Assembly: GCA_013265495.1 (NCBI GenBank)
Contig: MU057640.1
Coordinates: forward strand, 1,063,303-1,127,302
Direction: 5' to 3'
DNA from: Vicugna vicugna
Taxonomy: Eukaryota
DNA length: 64,000 bases
Positions 36,561-50,741 of the stretch are shown one piece after another (the stretch's first letter is position 1; every line of letters begins with the position of its first letter). The notes under the pieces were generated by a model. It was not told the origin of the DNA. It ran no database searches and saw only the letters and a list, made by a program, of their open reading frames with translations. The position numbers and the translations under genes are program-made.

Positions 36561-39199
36561 GCTTTCAAAAGTGTCTGGCATATAAAACACGTTCAGCAAA
36601 TATTAGTATTTATTGGTTACTATCTCTAAAAAACTGTAAAGAGAAAAGCAGATGGGAAGCCCTGAACCTTGGAAAAGAGTCACACTGACTCACCAGGAAA
36701 AGCAAGAATCAACAGGCTTCCCGAGATTAGGAATCTGGGCCAACTTCTAAGGCAGGGAAGAGAGGTGCGGTCAGCTCCTGGGGACACCATGCCCCGGACC
36801 ACGTAGCCCCAGGCTTTTCAAGTGCCAATACTGAAAACAACAATGGGTTCATCCTGGGACCAGTTAGTAGCTATGAAAGGGGAAGAAATGGGTATCTCAT
36901 GGCAACAGAAAAGGCAGGCGCTTGGGCTGAGTAAACGGCTGACTATAGGAAATTAACCTGCAATGGCCTCTCTGGTCCGATCTTTCCCTTTCCTCTTGTC
37001 AGATCATTTGGAAATCCAGATTCTGGCAGAGTTCATAACAGCTCACTTAGCTGGGAGACCAAACATCAAGCTAATTAGCAGACTCATAATTGACTGCTCC
37101 AGATATACGGGGATTGCAAGATCAGCTCCTCCAGCAAATATGCCTATGGTGCGTTGAGAAAATTCTTGGCAAAGTCATCAACACAACTTGATAGTGATAC
37201 GGGTCTCTGCTGCTGGCGAAATAGAACTTCTACCACTTCTCAACCTCGCCTACATCCATCAGGGCCGGGGAAGCCGTGACTGCCCAAGAACCTCCTCTTA
37301 GGTAGCATCAGGTAACAGGCAGTTTTCCAGAATGCTCTCCCACAACAAGCACTGGGCAAAAATCCCCCAGGCTATCCTTCAACTCAAATTAAGATGCTGC
37401 TGAATTAGATCGTGAACAAAGGTGAGCTGTGGTGAAGTGCCCTGGAGTCCATCCTTGGCCATTAACTGAGATTAAAATGTCAACCATATGCAACCTCCTA
37501 ATCACAAAATATAATGACCACTGATTCCATCTTGGCAGAGGCCTTGATTTCAGAGGATGAGCAAATGACCCAAGAGGGATATAAAAATTCACCTCTCTGT
37601 GGCCTTCCAGGGACCACATGCAGGACAATATATGCTTCAAACATGTCTTAGTAGATGGAGAGTAAGGTACCTTTCTCCGAAGTCAACGTGGAAAACAGTG
37701 GGTTCCTGTTAGTTCCCTGGAGCTCTGCTGTGCTCAGAGGGAAGGGTACCCACGTTCCTTTTTTCAACTGTCAAAAGCCCCTAGGCAAGTGCTTTTCAGA
37801 TTTTTCCTTAATTTAAATTCACCCAGAATTGCAAATTCTCAGAGACAAACACAATCATGATTCTATTCTGGAATTACCAGGTGAGACGATTGTGCAAACA
37901 TATTAGGAACGTGTCAACTTCATAGTAGTCTCCCTGAGAAGGGGCACACTTCATACTTAGTGTGACTGATGTTCAGACCACTGAAGAGGAGAGAATGCTG
38001 GGTAAAGCCGAGCTCTTGGCCTGGCTCTGCCCCTGCCAAGCGGCTGGGCTACCTACACCGCTTCTCCATTTTCAGAGAGTTTCAGGGTCTTTGTCAGAGG
38101 ACATCGCCTGCTACCTGGCTCATGGTTAGTCCCTTCAGGGATCCAGTTTGGGAGTTTTGCTTTTTGTTTCATTGTGTTTTGTTTTGCTTTTGGTTTTTGA
38201 ATGCTGAAATTACATTTAGAGGGCAACCTCTCATTTCAGCAAGATGTTGAGCTAAGATGATACACACATTCGGACACTCCTGCTACCAGCAACTAGAAAT
38301 ATCAGCTACAATATTTTATTAAAATGCATACCTGAGCCTGCAGCAAAGAAGGGGAAATTACCAGGTGCCAGAAACAAAGCATCAACTGAAAAGCAGAAGT
38401 AAGCGGAGGCATCAAGTGGGCAGACGCCGCTGGGGGAGGAAGGAACAGAATGAGCATTGATCCAGGGGAAGCAAGGGTGTAGATGTCAACTAGCACGTGG
38501 GGCCAGGAGGCAAAGCCCATGGGGCCTGCCCAAGGGAGGAGGCTGCAGCCCAAAGTGAGGCCACACAAGGAGCATTTTCCCGCCAGCTCAGATTGCTTGC
38601 CTATCTCTGGCCTCAGGAAAGGCGAACAAAAAGCTTCCTGCAAAATTTAAACCTCAGACCTCTGCCTCTGGAACATTTTGGGGTACAAATTTAGACTGTG
38701 GTCTGTAAATGCCCAACCTAAGAAGTTAGCATAAAATTGGTTCGGGGCCAATGAGAAGCATGGGAAAAAGCAGAGCAAAATTCCCATAACCTATGCTGCA
38801 GACAATTTCCATAGAAAAGTAGACTCAGGAAGTTCGCAAGTAATAAAAGCACCTTGAACAGCAGGATTCCAGCCCCAAGAGCCGGAAACAACAGAGCGAT
38901 CTGAAGGAGGAGATAATGAAGTATGTTTCAAAGGAGAGAAAAACAAGTCTTCTCAGGTGCCAAAAACACATTTGATGAGATTCAACACTCATTCATGATT
39001 TCTTAAAAATAACAAAATTCGGCAAACAAGAAAACATTTCTTACAAATCTAAGACTAGAAGGACATTTTCTTACGCCCATAAAGGGCACTCGCAAACCAG
39101 CCTATGGATAACATCATTCTTAACAGCCCAGCTTTCCTCCCCTTTTAACGTCAGTCATGAGACAAGGGCGGTTCCTGTCACTCCCCCGTCCAACAACGT

Positions 39200-39375
39200 A
39201 TTTAGGGGGTACACAAACTTTCTGTAACGGGCCTGATAGCAAATACTTTAGGCTTCATGAACTAGAAAGTGTCTGTTCCAATGAGTCAACTCTGCCGGTT
39301 GTAATGCAAGAGGAGTCACAGACAATAAAAGTGTGGCTGTGTTTCTATAAAACTTTATTTACAAAAACAGTTATA
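39200..39375. mobile_element. MER58-like hAT MITE
   Basis: caaactttctgtaacgggcc...gtgtggctgtgtttctataaaactttatttacaaaaacag. Confidence 0.75.
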
Positions 39376-39425
39376 GTGGAAGTCCAAGTCAATACATTAA
39401 TACAAGAAAAGTAAGTGAAAGTTAC

Positions 39426-40168
39426 TGTGATGTAATAAAATATATGATAAAATATATTTTGTCTTCATCCTGGGTTCCTAGCACAGAGCTCCTAAAACCC
39501 TTGGAATTTCCTGAGTGCTGGGGTGAGAGGATGTCTTTTGCTATTCATAATAAGCCCCTTTCAACCACAGCTGAATTTATGCTAACGAGGTGACTCTTGG
39601 CAGGTAAAGCTGGTTACCAGTGGGGAGGGCAGAGGGGATGGTGATTGACTTCAATCACCAATGGCCAAGGATTTCCTCAATCACGGCTTTGTAATGGAAC
39701 CACCATAAAAGCCGTAAATGACAAGGTTAGGAGAGTTTCTGGGTAGGTAACCACGTGGAGGTGCTGGGAGGGTGGCGTGGCCAGTGAGCGCATGGAAGCT
39801 TCATGTACTCCCTCCCCCCATACCTTTCCCTACACATCTTTTCCATTTGGCTGTTCCTAAGTTGCATCCTTCCGACGAGCCAGAAATAGGAAGTAAAGCA
39901 GTTTCCTGAGATCGGTGAGCCATTCCAACAAACTGCTGAACGCAAGGGAGAGGGCATGGGAACCCATCCGTCAAAAGCCCAGGAGGCCCAGGCTTGTGGC
40001 TGGCATCTGAGGAGGGGGCAGCCTGGAGGGGTCTGTGATAACTTCAGGTAGTTAATGCCAAAATTAAATTAAATTGTTGGACATCCAGCTGGTCCACAGG
40101 AAACTGGAGAATTGAACTGCATGGCAAACCCACACAGGTGTTGTCAGTAGAGAAATACTTTTCCTTTA
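39426..40168 (+). mobile_element. MER21-family (ERVL) solo LTR
   Basis: tgtgatgtaat...ggttcctagcacagagctcctaaaacccttggaatttcctgagtg. 5-bp TSD gttac at 39421-39425 and 40169-40173. Confidence 0.8.
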
Positions 40169-41919
40169 GTTACACAAACTTAAAGCTGTCATTAGCAAAA
40201 GATTACAGATCTGTCTGCGCAGGAAATGCAAGAGCAGCTACAGATAAACCATGAAAATGAATGAGAGTTCAGCAAGATATCCAAATACAAATAACGTTCC
40301 CATACACCAGCAACAACAGGAAAACTCAATAAAAAGAAGCTGTTAACAAAAGCAATACAGACCGTGGGATACTTAAGAATTCATTTAATAAAAATACGTA
40401 AGAAAAGGACACCAAAAAGTTAGGAAATTCTATTGAAGGACATACAAAAAGAACTAAAGAAACACAGCTATAACATGTTTGGGGATGAGAAGACATTATC
40501 ATAAGAGGGCAAATTCTCACAGGCTATCCATAAACGTCTGAGTAATTCCAACAAAAGCAAAACGGGGCTTTCACGTTCCTGAAATATATCTGGACGTGAA
40601 AAGAGCCTGGTATGGCCCAAACAATTCTGCAGGTGGAACTTACCCCAATGTTTGAGCCCAAAGTAAACAGAGTAGGGCTGGAACATGGTGGACAAACACA
40701 TCACTGACGCCGCACAGCCAGCCACGGCCACATCCACATGTACGTGGGGGTGCATTGCACGATGGTGGTGAAAAGGATCAGCATATGGACCGAGACACCT
40801 GGACACCCACATGCAAAAAGATAAAGTAGATTCTAGTGTCATACTACACACAAAAATCAATTCTGGGTGGTTGGTCTACATTCCAAAACTTGTAAAAGAA
40901 TGTGTAGGAAACCCTTTTTATGGCATTGAGGTAGAACAGAATTTCATCAACAAGACATTAAAAAAAAGCACATACCATAAAGGAGAAATTGCTCAATATG
41001 CCGATCAAAATTTAGCACTTCTCTTGAATAAATGAAATCACAAAAAAAGTGAAAACACAAGCCACAGACTGAAGGGTATTTGCAGGCCATCAAACTGACA
41101 AAGCAATAATATCGAGAACATAAAAGATTCTTCTAAATCATTAATTTGAAAGCCAGTGGCAGTAGAAAAATTGGCAACGGATATGAATGGGCAATTCGCA
41201 AAAGAGGAAGCTCAGATGGCCACTGAACAGATGAATAGATGCTCAGTCACACCAGCAAGCAGAGAAATGCAGATTAAAACGGCGAGATACAATTCCACGA
41301 CCGTAGGACAGGAAAAAAAATTTTAAATCTGATAAACCAAAAGGATATGGGGAAACAGTAACTGCTAACGGGAGCATAATTACAACTGCTCTGGAGAACA
41401 GATTGGAAACTTCCCAAACTGAAGACGTGCATATTCCAGAACCTAGTTTCTCCTCCAGGTACTTCTGTTAAGAAAAAAAAAAACCTCTAGCACATACTGC
41501 TAAGCAGATACACACACGGATGTTTACTATTTGTAATAGCAAAAAGGTGGCAGGATCCTAACTTTCTCTTAGATGAGTGGACGAATAATTTGTACTATAG
41601 GGCAGTTAAACAAATCAACATGGATAAATTTCCCAAAAACTGTCAGAAGGAAACACACAGTATAATACAATTCATGTCCCTTTTAAAACACTCCCTCCAA
41701 AAGGCCTAAACATACCTGGGATACAAGCATAGCCAGTTTGGCAGAGGGGTCACCAGAGAGGCAGGGAGCGAGGGCAGGAGATGGGCATGGGGCAGGGTAG
41801 GGGTTGAGGAATACCTAAAATATATTTTTTTATTGAAAAAAGAACGAACACATGCCAACAAACAGAGCAACACATTAGCATCCATTTAACACCAGTGCTG
41901 GGAACACGCCTGCCTCTCA

Positions 41920-42400
41920 GGCAGGGTCCCGGAGTGTCCTATAGGCTTGATGCATTTATAATTTGAAACATTATTTTAAAAAGAAATCCTGTTCGGAACA
42001 AAAGTGTTCCAGTCTCATGACACAATTAAAAGACGCCCAAAATCCTGCGTTGCCTTGGACAGAACCAGTCCTCCCTGCCCTCATCACCCACCTCACTGCT
42101 GGACTCAATGCCAACAACTCTTTTTTCCTTTTCCCAAAAATCAAAGCCTCCTACAAAGAAGGAAGATTTGTCAGACTTGCAAATACTCACAAGAATATGC
42201 CACAGGCTCTGAGGACAACACAAAAAGAAGGATTCCGGAAATGTATGGGGCAACAGCAACACCAATGGAAGCATCAAAGGATGACATCTACCCCAAGGTC
42301 ACTACTTCAAAGAGAGTAAAATCCACTTATACTGTAAATCTGATTTTTGTTTTTTTAATTCAGCAGCAGCAACTAAAGTCATTCCTCTCATGACTGTCAA
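41920..42400 (+). mobile_element. Mariner transposase C-terminal fossil (MARNA-like)
   Basis: Frameshifted HPP...(L)NANNSFFLFPKIK...EGRF...KEGFRKC...QHQW...QGHYFKE matches mariner HPPYSPDLAPxDFFLFPKLK...GxRF...FQKCFxxW...QGDYFE. Confidence 0.75.
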
Positions 42401-43310
42401 TGTTATCTAAGAGGGGAGTCAACACACCGTTCGGCGAATGCCCCAGGAGCCGTTGTTGGAGACAGTCTTATAAATGACACCACATCCCAACAAAGAGCAT
42501 GCCGTTTAACCTGGGGCTCCTGCCGTGGCTGTAAATGACTGCAGATCCTCACGCCATCCAAGGGGGATATACCTCGGTATTCTGCTCAGAAAATAAGAAA
42601 CCTGTTAATCAAACACTGAACCCCATGGGTCGGCAGAAAGGAAACATGATTTTCACAGCAAGATCGGATCCAGCAGCTGCGATGAGGACAGAGCACCACG
42701 AGGGCACCGCAGAGGAATCGGAGAATCTGATCAGCATAGAGGGAGGTATTCATGAGGAGCAGTAGTCGCCTGCATTATTTCTGAATCTGCTCACCCTCAA
42801 ATCCAATAATAATCAGGAGAAAACCCTGCAAGGCCCCCATCCCACCCTATGGACAGAAATTCCAGCGTCCATGGTCAGTTCATCACACAAAGCCCCATTA
42901 TGTCTACAATACACATTGCAACACACTCAACAAAGCATAGACATGTCTGTCTACGAACACTCATTTCCTGAGTGTTTATGGAGTGCCTCCTCTGGCCGGG
43001 GGCCGGGCTGGCGTACAGACAGTTACCTGAGCCAGCCACGCCCCAGCCTCAGCAGGTGCGGGGTCATTTAGCCACACTGTTCACAAAATCCGTGACCAAT
43101 TTCTTCTAAACACTTCCTTCGTTTGTCACTTATGAATCTGCCTACAACAGGGCTCCTACATACCTTTCAATCTGCAAGATTACACGTTTTCCCTGTAAGC
43201 TACCACACACTGAGATTGCCGTGTTCACGGTTCCTGGCCATTAGAACTGATGAAATGGCATCTTTAATATCTAAGTCATCTTACTGAAAAATATAACCAA
43301 GCTTTATTTT

Positions 43311-43999
43311 TTTAGTCTTATTTTATTGAAGTGTAGCTGATTTACAATATTGTGTTAATTTTTGGTGTATAGCAAAGTGATTCCGTTTTTTATATATATA
43401 TATTCTTTTTCATATTCTTTTCCATTATGGTTCATTATGGGATATTGAATATAGTTCCCTGAGCTATACAGTAGGATCTTGTTGTTTATTTTATATATAG
43501 TAGTGTGTATATATTAATCCCAGACTCCTAATTTTTCCCTCCCCCACCCCCTTTCCCCTTTGGTAACCATAAGTTTGTTTTCTATGACCGTGAGTCTATT
43601 TCTGTTTTGCATATAGATTCATTTGTATTTTTTTTTNNNNNNNNNNNNNNNNNNNNNNNNNNNNNNNNNNNNNNNNNNNNNNNNNNNNNNNNNNNNNNNN
43701 NNNNNNNATGTTGCTGCGCATTATTTCATTCTTTTTTATGGCTGACTAGTATTCCATTGTATAAATATACCACAACTTCTTTATCTAGTCATCTGTCGAT
43801 GGACATTTAAGTCGCTTCCTTGCCTTGGCTATTGTAAATAGTGCTGCTACAAACACTGGGGTGCACGTTTCTTTTCAAATTAGAGCTCTCTCCAGATATA
43901 TGCCCAGAAGTGGGATTGCTGGATTATATGCTAAGTCTATTTTTAGTTTTTCGAGGAAACACCATACTGTTTTCCATAGTGGCTGCACCAGTTTACGTG
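43311..43999 (-). mobile_element. 5'-truncated L1 spanning the assembly gap
   Basis: Antisense L1 3' end on both sides of the Ns. Degenerate TSD aatataacca..cttt.tttt at 43290-43310 and 44000-44020. Confidence 0.9.
43637..43707. other. Assembly gap (71 N)
   Basis: Run of n. Confidence 1.
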
Positions 44000-44094
44000 A
44001 ATATAACCATACTTTGTTTTACAGGAGCTCTTTGATGATTAACTTGGCTTACTCAACAAGGGACAGACACTAGAAATAATGCCTGAAGTTTCTT

Positions 44095-44310
44095 GCTTGC
44101 TTACTCTATGCCAAGCACTCTTAACTATTTTCCACATATTAGCTTATTCAGTCTGCACAATAATACAGCATGTGGATATAATTTTTATCCTCAGTGTACA
44201 GATGAGGGTAAATGAGGCATTCATAGGGTCACAACTTGCCCAAAGTCACACAGCTAGTAAATGGTTGCATCACAATTCAGATTCTGGTCCTAGTGCTTCA
44301 CCGCTGCACA
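44095..44310 (-). mobile_element. MIR SINE
   Basis: tacagatgagggtaaatgaggc...aacttgcccaaagtcacacagctagtaaatgg. Confidence 0.85.
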
Positions 44311-45249
44311 AAACTGCCTCAGAGACCAAAAAAAAAAAAAAAAAAAATGGAGTTAAAACCTTAACTCCTGTAGGAAACATCACGGATATATAAGCCATGG
44401 CTAACAGTTCTGTTTTACAGCACTGTTTAAACAGCAAAAAGAGAAGGAAAAAGAAACTGAAAGAGCCTGAAAAAATCAAAAGCATAGGAATTAAGGTATC
44501 TAAATAAATTATTTTCATATCTTCATAAAATAAAGTCATTAAAATGTATGGAAAAAGAATATGAAAAGGAATGTTCATGACATTCTTCAAAGTGCAAAGA
44601 GTAATGTACAGAGTTTACAGAAACTATAAATATAACATGATCTTTCCTTTTTAAAAAGAAAATCATGTCTGTATATATTAAAAACTACCTGAAAGGAATA
44701 TACAATAAAATTTTAATAATAGTTATCTGAGTTATCGTTTATAGGTGATTTTAATTTATTAACTTTTGCTGGTCCAAATTAAAATTTTTTTCTCCACGAA
44801 TCAGAAACCAACCCCCCCCACTAAAAAAACAAAAACAGAAACCCATTTAATAATCAATTAAATGGCAAGTGTCAGTCAAATTACATATATCCAAAAATTA
44901 GTATCAAAGACTATTCATAAAGTTGACGAGTGACATGTAATTGTTATTGGCCGCCAGATCTTTTCAGTGTGTTCCGCAGTCACTTAAAAATCTGGATGTG
45001 TACTTCCAATATGTGAATATTTACTTATTTTTAAGTTACACATGTCTCTAACTTTATATACATTTAAATTTTTCATAAAAACAGACTTTAAAAAAAAGAA
45101 AACAGCAATTCTAATGTCTTATTTTCACATCCTAATGGAGTTTCACACAAAACCCCTGAATACCAATAAAGCAGAAACACACAGTGTCATCAGAGTACTG
45201 AAAACAAAGTCCTACATGTTCCAAAAGAAAGTGGGCACCATCACTGAGA

Positions 45250-46537
45250 GAGCAGGAAAGCCTCCATCGAAAAAATACTGCAACCGTGAGATGAGGCTCA
45301 AAGGTGAGGTGACTTCAACAGGCAACATGATGTGCACCTAAGTGCTTCTTAACAAATTTCTGATTTTGCGTTTGCTCTCCAGAACTGCCTCCAAAGCTGG
45401 ATTCCAATGGTATAACCTAATTCGAGAAGGGGGTCAGGAGGAAAATAGAGGCAGGAAAGCCGGGCAGGTAAGACGGCACAGTGGGCACAGGGGAGGAGTG
45501 GGAGAGAGACTGTCACCCTTTGTCAGGAAACAGTCACTGAGGGTTTTCCAACGCCGCCAGGATGGGGCAGGATTTCACTGTGAAAGAGTGATGGGGTCCA
45601 AGCGAATGGGATTCTAAGTAGCTCTGGAGACGGACAGCAGTTAGGAGGCGGTAATCACGGTGTTGGGAGTGGAAAGAGATCAACAGAGGAAACATGTAAG
45701 TAGTCCTGTAGGACTGAGGAATGTCTGGAGTTGAGAGTGGAAGATGGGGACGAAAGCTTATCTGGATCCGAGAATCAATAGAGGTAGACAGGTCACAAGG
45801 AGGAGCAGTTTGGGGGAAGGAAGATGGAAACCCTGGTTTCAGTCAGATAGCATTTGATGAGCTCAAGGTACCATCACCTTTTGGTTGAAAAATGGGGCTT
45901 GAAAGGTAGAACCGTGGAGTCATATCCAAACGGAGAAAACAAGACTGCGAATCAATAGTACCCAGACAGCACATTCAGATGTCGTGGCCGCAGACTCTGT
46001 GTGAGCATCCGAGCTCCCGGGAATGAAAAATTCTGGGGAGGGCACAAAACCTTCTGTAAAGGGACCATTCATTCCAGAAACCAATTTCTCTCCAGCCTGG
46101 ATAAGTCTTGGCTGATTGGGCCATTAGTCAATAATCAGAAACACAGCCGTAAAAGACAGGAAGAGAAGCAAGGAAAATGTGTCAGAAGTCAAATTTTTAA
46201 AAAAAGAAAGCAGTTTAAAGGAAGACGACAATGACAATAATAAATGCCTCCGGAAGGTGAACAATCCGGGATTGGGGGGGAGGGGTGTAGAGGGTTAATA
46301 AACTTGGCCATTAAAGTACCTTGGAGGGGAATCTCAGAGTGAAAAGGGTAACAGTGGGTTTTAAGTGTGAAGCAGTGGACAGGTGATGGAGAAGGGGAGG
46401 CAGCCAGCAGAAGGGACTGATTTTAAGTTTGGCAGGAAGATAAAGGAAACACACAGAATCACAGCTCCAAGAGAAACCAAGTCTAACGAAAAGGATGGTG
46501 GTTCCGTTTAGTGTTAGAGAAACCTGAGCATCCTTAC
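45250..46537 (-). mobile_element. Decayed L2
   Basis: Purine-rich antisense L2 motifs (cagttaggaggc; gtttgggggaaggaagatg; gtcaataatc...tgtcagaagtcaa). Confidence 0.55.
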
Positions 46538-46551
46538 AGAAACTGGTAGAA

Positions 46552-46724
46552 AGATAAACAACAAGGTCCTACAGTACAGCACAGGGAACTATATTTAATA
46601 GCTTATAATAACCTATAATGAAAAAGCATACATATATATATATACATAAAACTGAATCACTTTGCTGTACACCCAAAATTAACACAACATCTTAAAGCAA
46701 CTACAGGTCAATTTAAAAAAAAAA
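46552..46724 (+). mobile_element. Short L1 3' tail with TSD
   Basis: gataaacaacaaggtcctac...ctgaatcactttgctgtacac plus A tail. TSD agaaa(c/t)tgg(t/c)agaa at 46538-46551 and 46725-46738. Confidence 0.9.
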
Positions 46725-47818
46725 AGAAATTGGCAGAATGAGAACGAAAAGCAGAAAAATAGATGAATAATGTTCAAGAAGAGGGAGGAAAGGCTAGAGA
46801 AGGGACTCTTTAAAGAAGGACAGGTGATTTTTCAATAAAAGAGGGGAATTTTCTTTTAATTAGGTGGAAAAAAATCAAATAAGAGAGCTCCTATTACATC
46901 ATCTTGAGATTATCAGGAAAACAGGAATCAAGGACATCTGCCAAGACTGAAGGAGATTTGAAGGGAGGGGAAAGTTCTGACAACTACCAAAAGACACACC
47001 ACAGGAATCAATATGGGGGTGTGCTTGTGTATGTGTGGTTGGGAGTGTGTGGCTGTGTGTGTGTGTATGCATGCACAGGTACCCACACATGAGCACATGT
47101 ACACGGTTTGATTAAAATATTTCTCTAAGAAGCTGTGAATAACTCAAGGAAGTCTACTTCTAGTACATATTTTAGGTTTTTCTCCCACGGTAAAGCTATC
47201 TTAGCCAGAATGATTGCTATCTTTGTGTATAAGTCTATTTTAAGACAGTGAGCAGAGGAGGGGACAATGTAAAACAAGAAAGGTTCATTTGTCTCAACTT
47301 CTGTCAAGGCAATAATATGATAAAAGAGGCCAGGCTCAGGAGAGAAATATTAATATCTTATAAGGCCCTGAAACACTCGGTAATTAATTTTTCAGAAGGA
47401 AGAAAGTTTTATTTCAATGGTAAGAATAGTTATCATCACCAAGGCATAGGAGAGAGAGAGAAAAAAAAATCAAGGGACCCAAGAAGTAACAAAGAAGAAG
47501 CATGGTCTATGGTCACACATGAACTCTTATCCACATGGACCACATCCAAAAAGGAAGAGGGCAGAAGCATCTAAAAAGGAAGAGGGCAGGAGAAGGCGGG
47601 CGGCTGTCACTGGGACTGGTTCTTCCAGACATAGGAGGAGGAAGGAAAGCCTACTTCAATGTACCAGGCCAGGATTGCGGTGTCTCCCATAAAGCAGCCA
47701 GATGGACTATAAAATTCTTCAAAGGGAGAAATATCAATTCACTCAACAAATATTTCTGTTAACACCTATGTTCCAGACACTAAGCTACACGCTGGGGAGA
47801 GAGAAATGACTGGCTTCC

Positions 47819-50741
47819 TGTATTAGTTTATCGATGGCTATGTGGGGAAAAAACCTACTCTGAAACTTGGGTGGCTTAAAATAACAACTGCTATCTCCAG
47901 TTTTGGAGCAGGTGACTCTGGTTCAGGGTCTCTGTGCTGGGGGTACCCCAAAACACTTCCCCAGGTTCAGTGCTCACTGGAAGGATGCACAGAATTCACA
48001 CATGGTATGACTCATGGTGATGATTTATTACAGCAAAATCAACAAAGGGTGCATGGAGTGAAGTCCATAGGAAACCAGGCACATGCTTCCAAGAGTCCTC
48101 TCCCCACTGAGTTACACAGGATGGGCAGAACTGCTCCAGCATCATCTTGTGACAACAATTTGTGAAATGTTGTCTACTAGGGAAGCTCATCAGAGACTCA
48201 GTGCCCGAGGTTTTTATTGGTGGCTGTTCACATACACACCCTCTGTTTAGCACAGACCAAAATTCCAGCCTCCCAGATAGAAGTGTGTGTTCATGATAAA
48301 TAATACTGTACGCACAGGGTAGGTACAGTCAGCCGCTCGCACCATCAGTTGGGAACCCTCCCTAAATCCAAGCTCCCAGATGCCAGCCAAGAGCCAATCT
48401 TGCAAGCTGGCCTCTCTAAGGATAGCGGTTTCAGGCCGGCGATGTGAATTCTTCTCTACCCAGTGTCCCATTGCAGTCAAGTTCTCGGCTGGGGTTCCGT
48501 CATCTGAAGCCTTGACCAGAGCTGGAGGTACTCACGTGGCTACAGGCTGGAAGTTCTTCCCTGTGTGGGGCTCTTCACGTGGCTGCCTGCTTGTCCTCAA
48601 CATATGGAGCCGGCATTCCCCGTGGCAAGTGATCCAGGAGAACAGGAGAGTGAGAACATGGCCCATGTGGAAGCTGCAGTCTTTAATAAACTAATCTCAA
48701 AGTGCCATACCATCACTGCTGCTGCTGGTCCCAAAGACCACATCTAGCACAGCATGGGAAGAGGAGAAGATTAACAACTCTGAATGCCAAGGGTCAGGGC
48801 TGTCCTGGAGGCTGCCTACCACAGACCACCCTCTGGCTCCCAGTGATTCACGTCTCTCCTACATGCAATGTACACAAACCCCTGCCACGGACCCTAAAAG
48901 TCTCATCCCATCACAGCCTCAGTTCCAAGTCCAGACTCTCGTCACCTAAAGTGGGTCTAGGTACCCCTGGGACACACCGTTCCTCTCAATCTGTAGGCGT
49001 GTGTAACTAAAGCAATTAGTTACCTGTCCCCACAAGCTCAACATACAGTCGGGGGACAAGCAGAGGGTAACTGCTGTGAACACTCCTGCACACAAAGTGG
49101 TGGATGGGAAGCACAGAGAGGCAACAATTCTGAAATTCCTCCAAGCAGATGCTTCAAGTTCCTTGCTTAGGTCTAGAGTTGAGATCTGAGAACGGTTCTC
49201 CACAACCCCTAACTCCAGCCTCTGGACGCTTGGTTTTGGCCTCCCCATCATCCTTCCATTTTCATGAAAGGTAAGAGGTGTTTGCAGCTGAGTAGTCTTG
49301 GCAGACTGCCTCCTACTTGTTAATACTTGGGGGTCCAAAGGTCTCTCTTCATTTGGTACTTTCTACATCCCTTTCATTTCAATCTGATGGTGTCTCACCA
49401 AGTACAATGCTCTTAAAAATCTTCGAGGGTCTCCTGTGACTCCTTTTAGGCTTCATTCCATTAGACAAAAGCCACACCCACCAATCCCTTTGCAATGGGT
49501 CCTTCCTCACCTTGGGCTTTTGCTGGGGTACAATGTCCTTGAACCTCCGAGAACTGCTGTTGTTTGATGGAGAGGATCCGTTAAGTCAAACCCTTAATCT
49601 CTTCAGAGGGCTTTTTGGCTGGCTGCTCTGTACTCTGAGACACCATCTTTGATTTGTGAGATCTTAAGGTTTTACAGCCATATCCTTGGCTTCAAGATTG
49701 GAACTTGTTTTCCTGAAAGTGCCCTCAATTTGATCTTTGCTCAGAAGCCATTTCTTAATTTTATCATCATGTGCTGTCTGGAGAGGCTGGAAATCTTCAA
49801 AAACAGCATGTCCTGGCTCTTTTTTTCCCTTACTGCTTCTGCCTTCAGTTTCTCTCTCCCTTCTTTCAATTTTACTGTAAGCAACAGGGAAAAAAATAGA
49901 AGGCACTTTGAACACTCAGTTAGAAATCTCCTTAACTATATCACCTAGTTCATTAGGTGCATTGTCCACTTTCCACACTACTGCAGGCAACAGTATTGCT
50001 GAATTTTTTGCCACCACCTAACAAAGACTCTCCCTTTTCCAGTTCCCAATACAATTTTCCTCTAAGCCTTCATTGGCAGCCTCCTCAAAGTCCAAACTTC
50101 TTGAGGCAATGTATTCAAAGCACTTTAAGCTTTTATTAACCTGTCTCTCAAAATCCTTACAGCTTTTCCGCTGCACACTGCCGAGATTCAATGCCACTAC
50201 CACATTTTAGTGTTTCATTATATCAGCACCCCACATCCAGTACCGAAACCTTATCAGTTACCTATGACTGTGTAATAAGCCACCCTGATTAAAACAACTA
50301 GCACCTACTGTCTCAGTCTCTGAGAGTCAGAAATTGGGAGCCTAAATCTAGGTGGATGATTTTAGCTCAGGGTCCCTCCTGAAAAAGTTGTAATCAAGCT
50401 GATGGGCAAGGCCTGAAACATCTGAAGACTCAACAAGGGGAAGATCTGCTTCTAAAGTCACTCATGTGGTTGCTGTCAGCCTCAGTCTCTTATTAGCTGT
50501 CACCCCGTGAGGGAGTCTCTCTCTCCATACATTGCCAGACTATCTTCCCAACACGGCAGCTGGCTGTCCATAGAATGAGAGATCCAAGAGAAAGAGTCCA
50601 AGATGGAAACCTCAGTCACTTATAACCTAATCTTGGAAATGACAGACCATCATTTTGGCCGCAATCTGTTTTCCAAAGGCATGAATACCAGGAGGTGAGG
50701 AATATTGGGAGTCACCTTGATGATGATTGATGGCTACCACA
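47819..50741 (-). mobile_element. Complete MaLR (MLT1E/F-like) element: LTR-internal-LTR
   Basis: LTRs at ~50250-50741 and 47819-48823, both ending ...ctaccaca on the + strand. Internal region has an MLT-int start and an ORF remnant (AYSKI...KKEPGHAVFEDFQPLQ...KIKKWL). 5-bp TSD cttcc/tttcc. Confidence 0.85.
47932..48465 (-). mobile_element. MER21C/MER77-like ERVL LTR nested in the MaLR LTR
   Basis: ggaaaccaggcacatgcttccaagagtcctctccc...gggaagctcatcagagactcagtgcccgagg...cccagatgccagccaagagcca. Confidence 0.75.

Larger units (their letters stand above)
38290..41900 (+). mobile_element. Fragmented ancient L1 (L1M) hosting nested insertions
   Basis: Decayed, collinear ORF2 motifs: aaaacacatttgatgagattcaacactcattcatgat; tacacacaaaaatcaattc; gagaaatgcagattaaaac. 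Confidence 0.75.
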
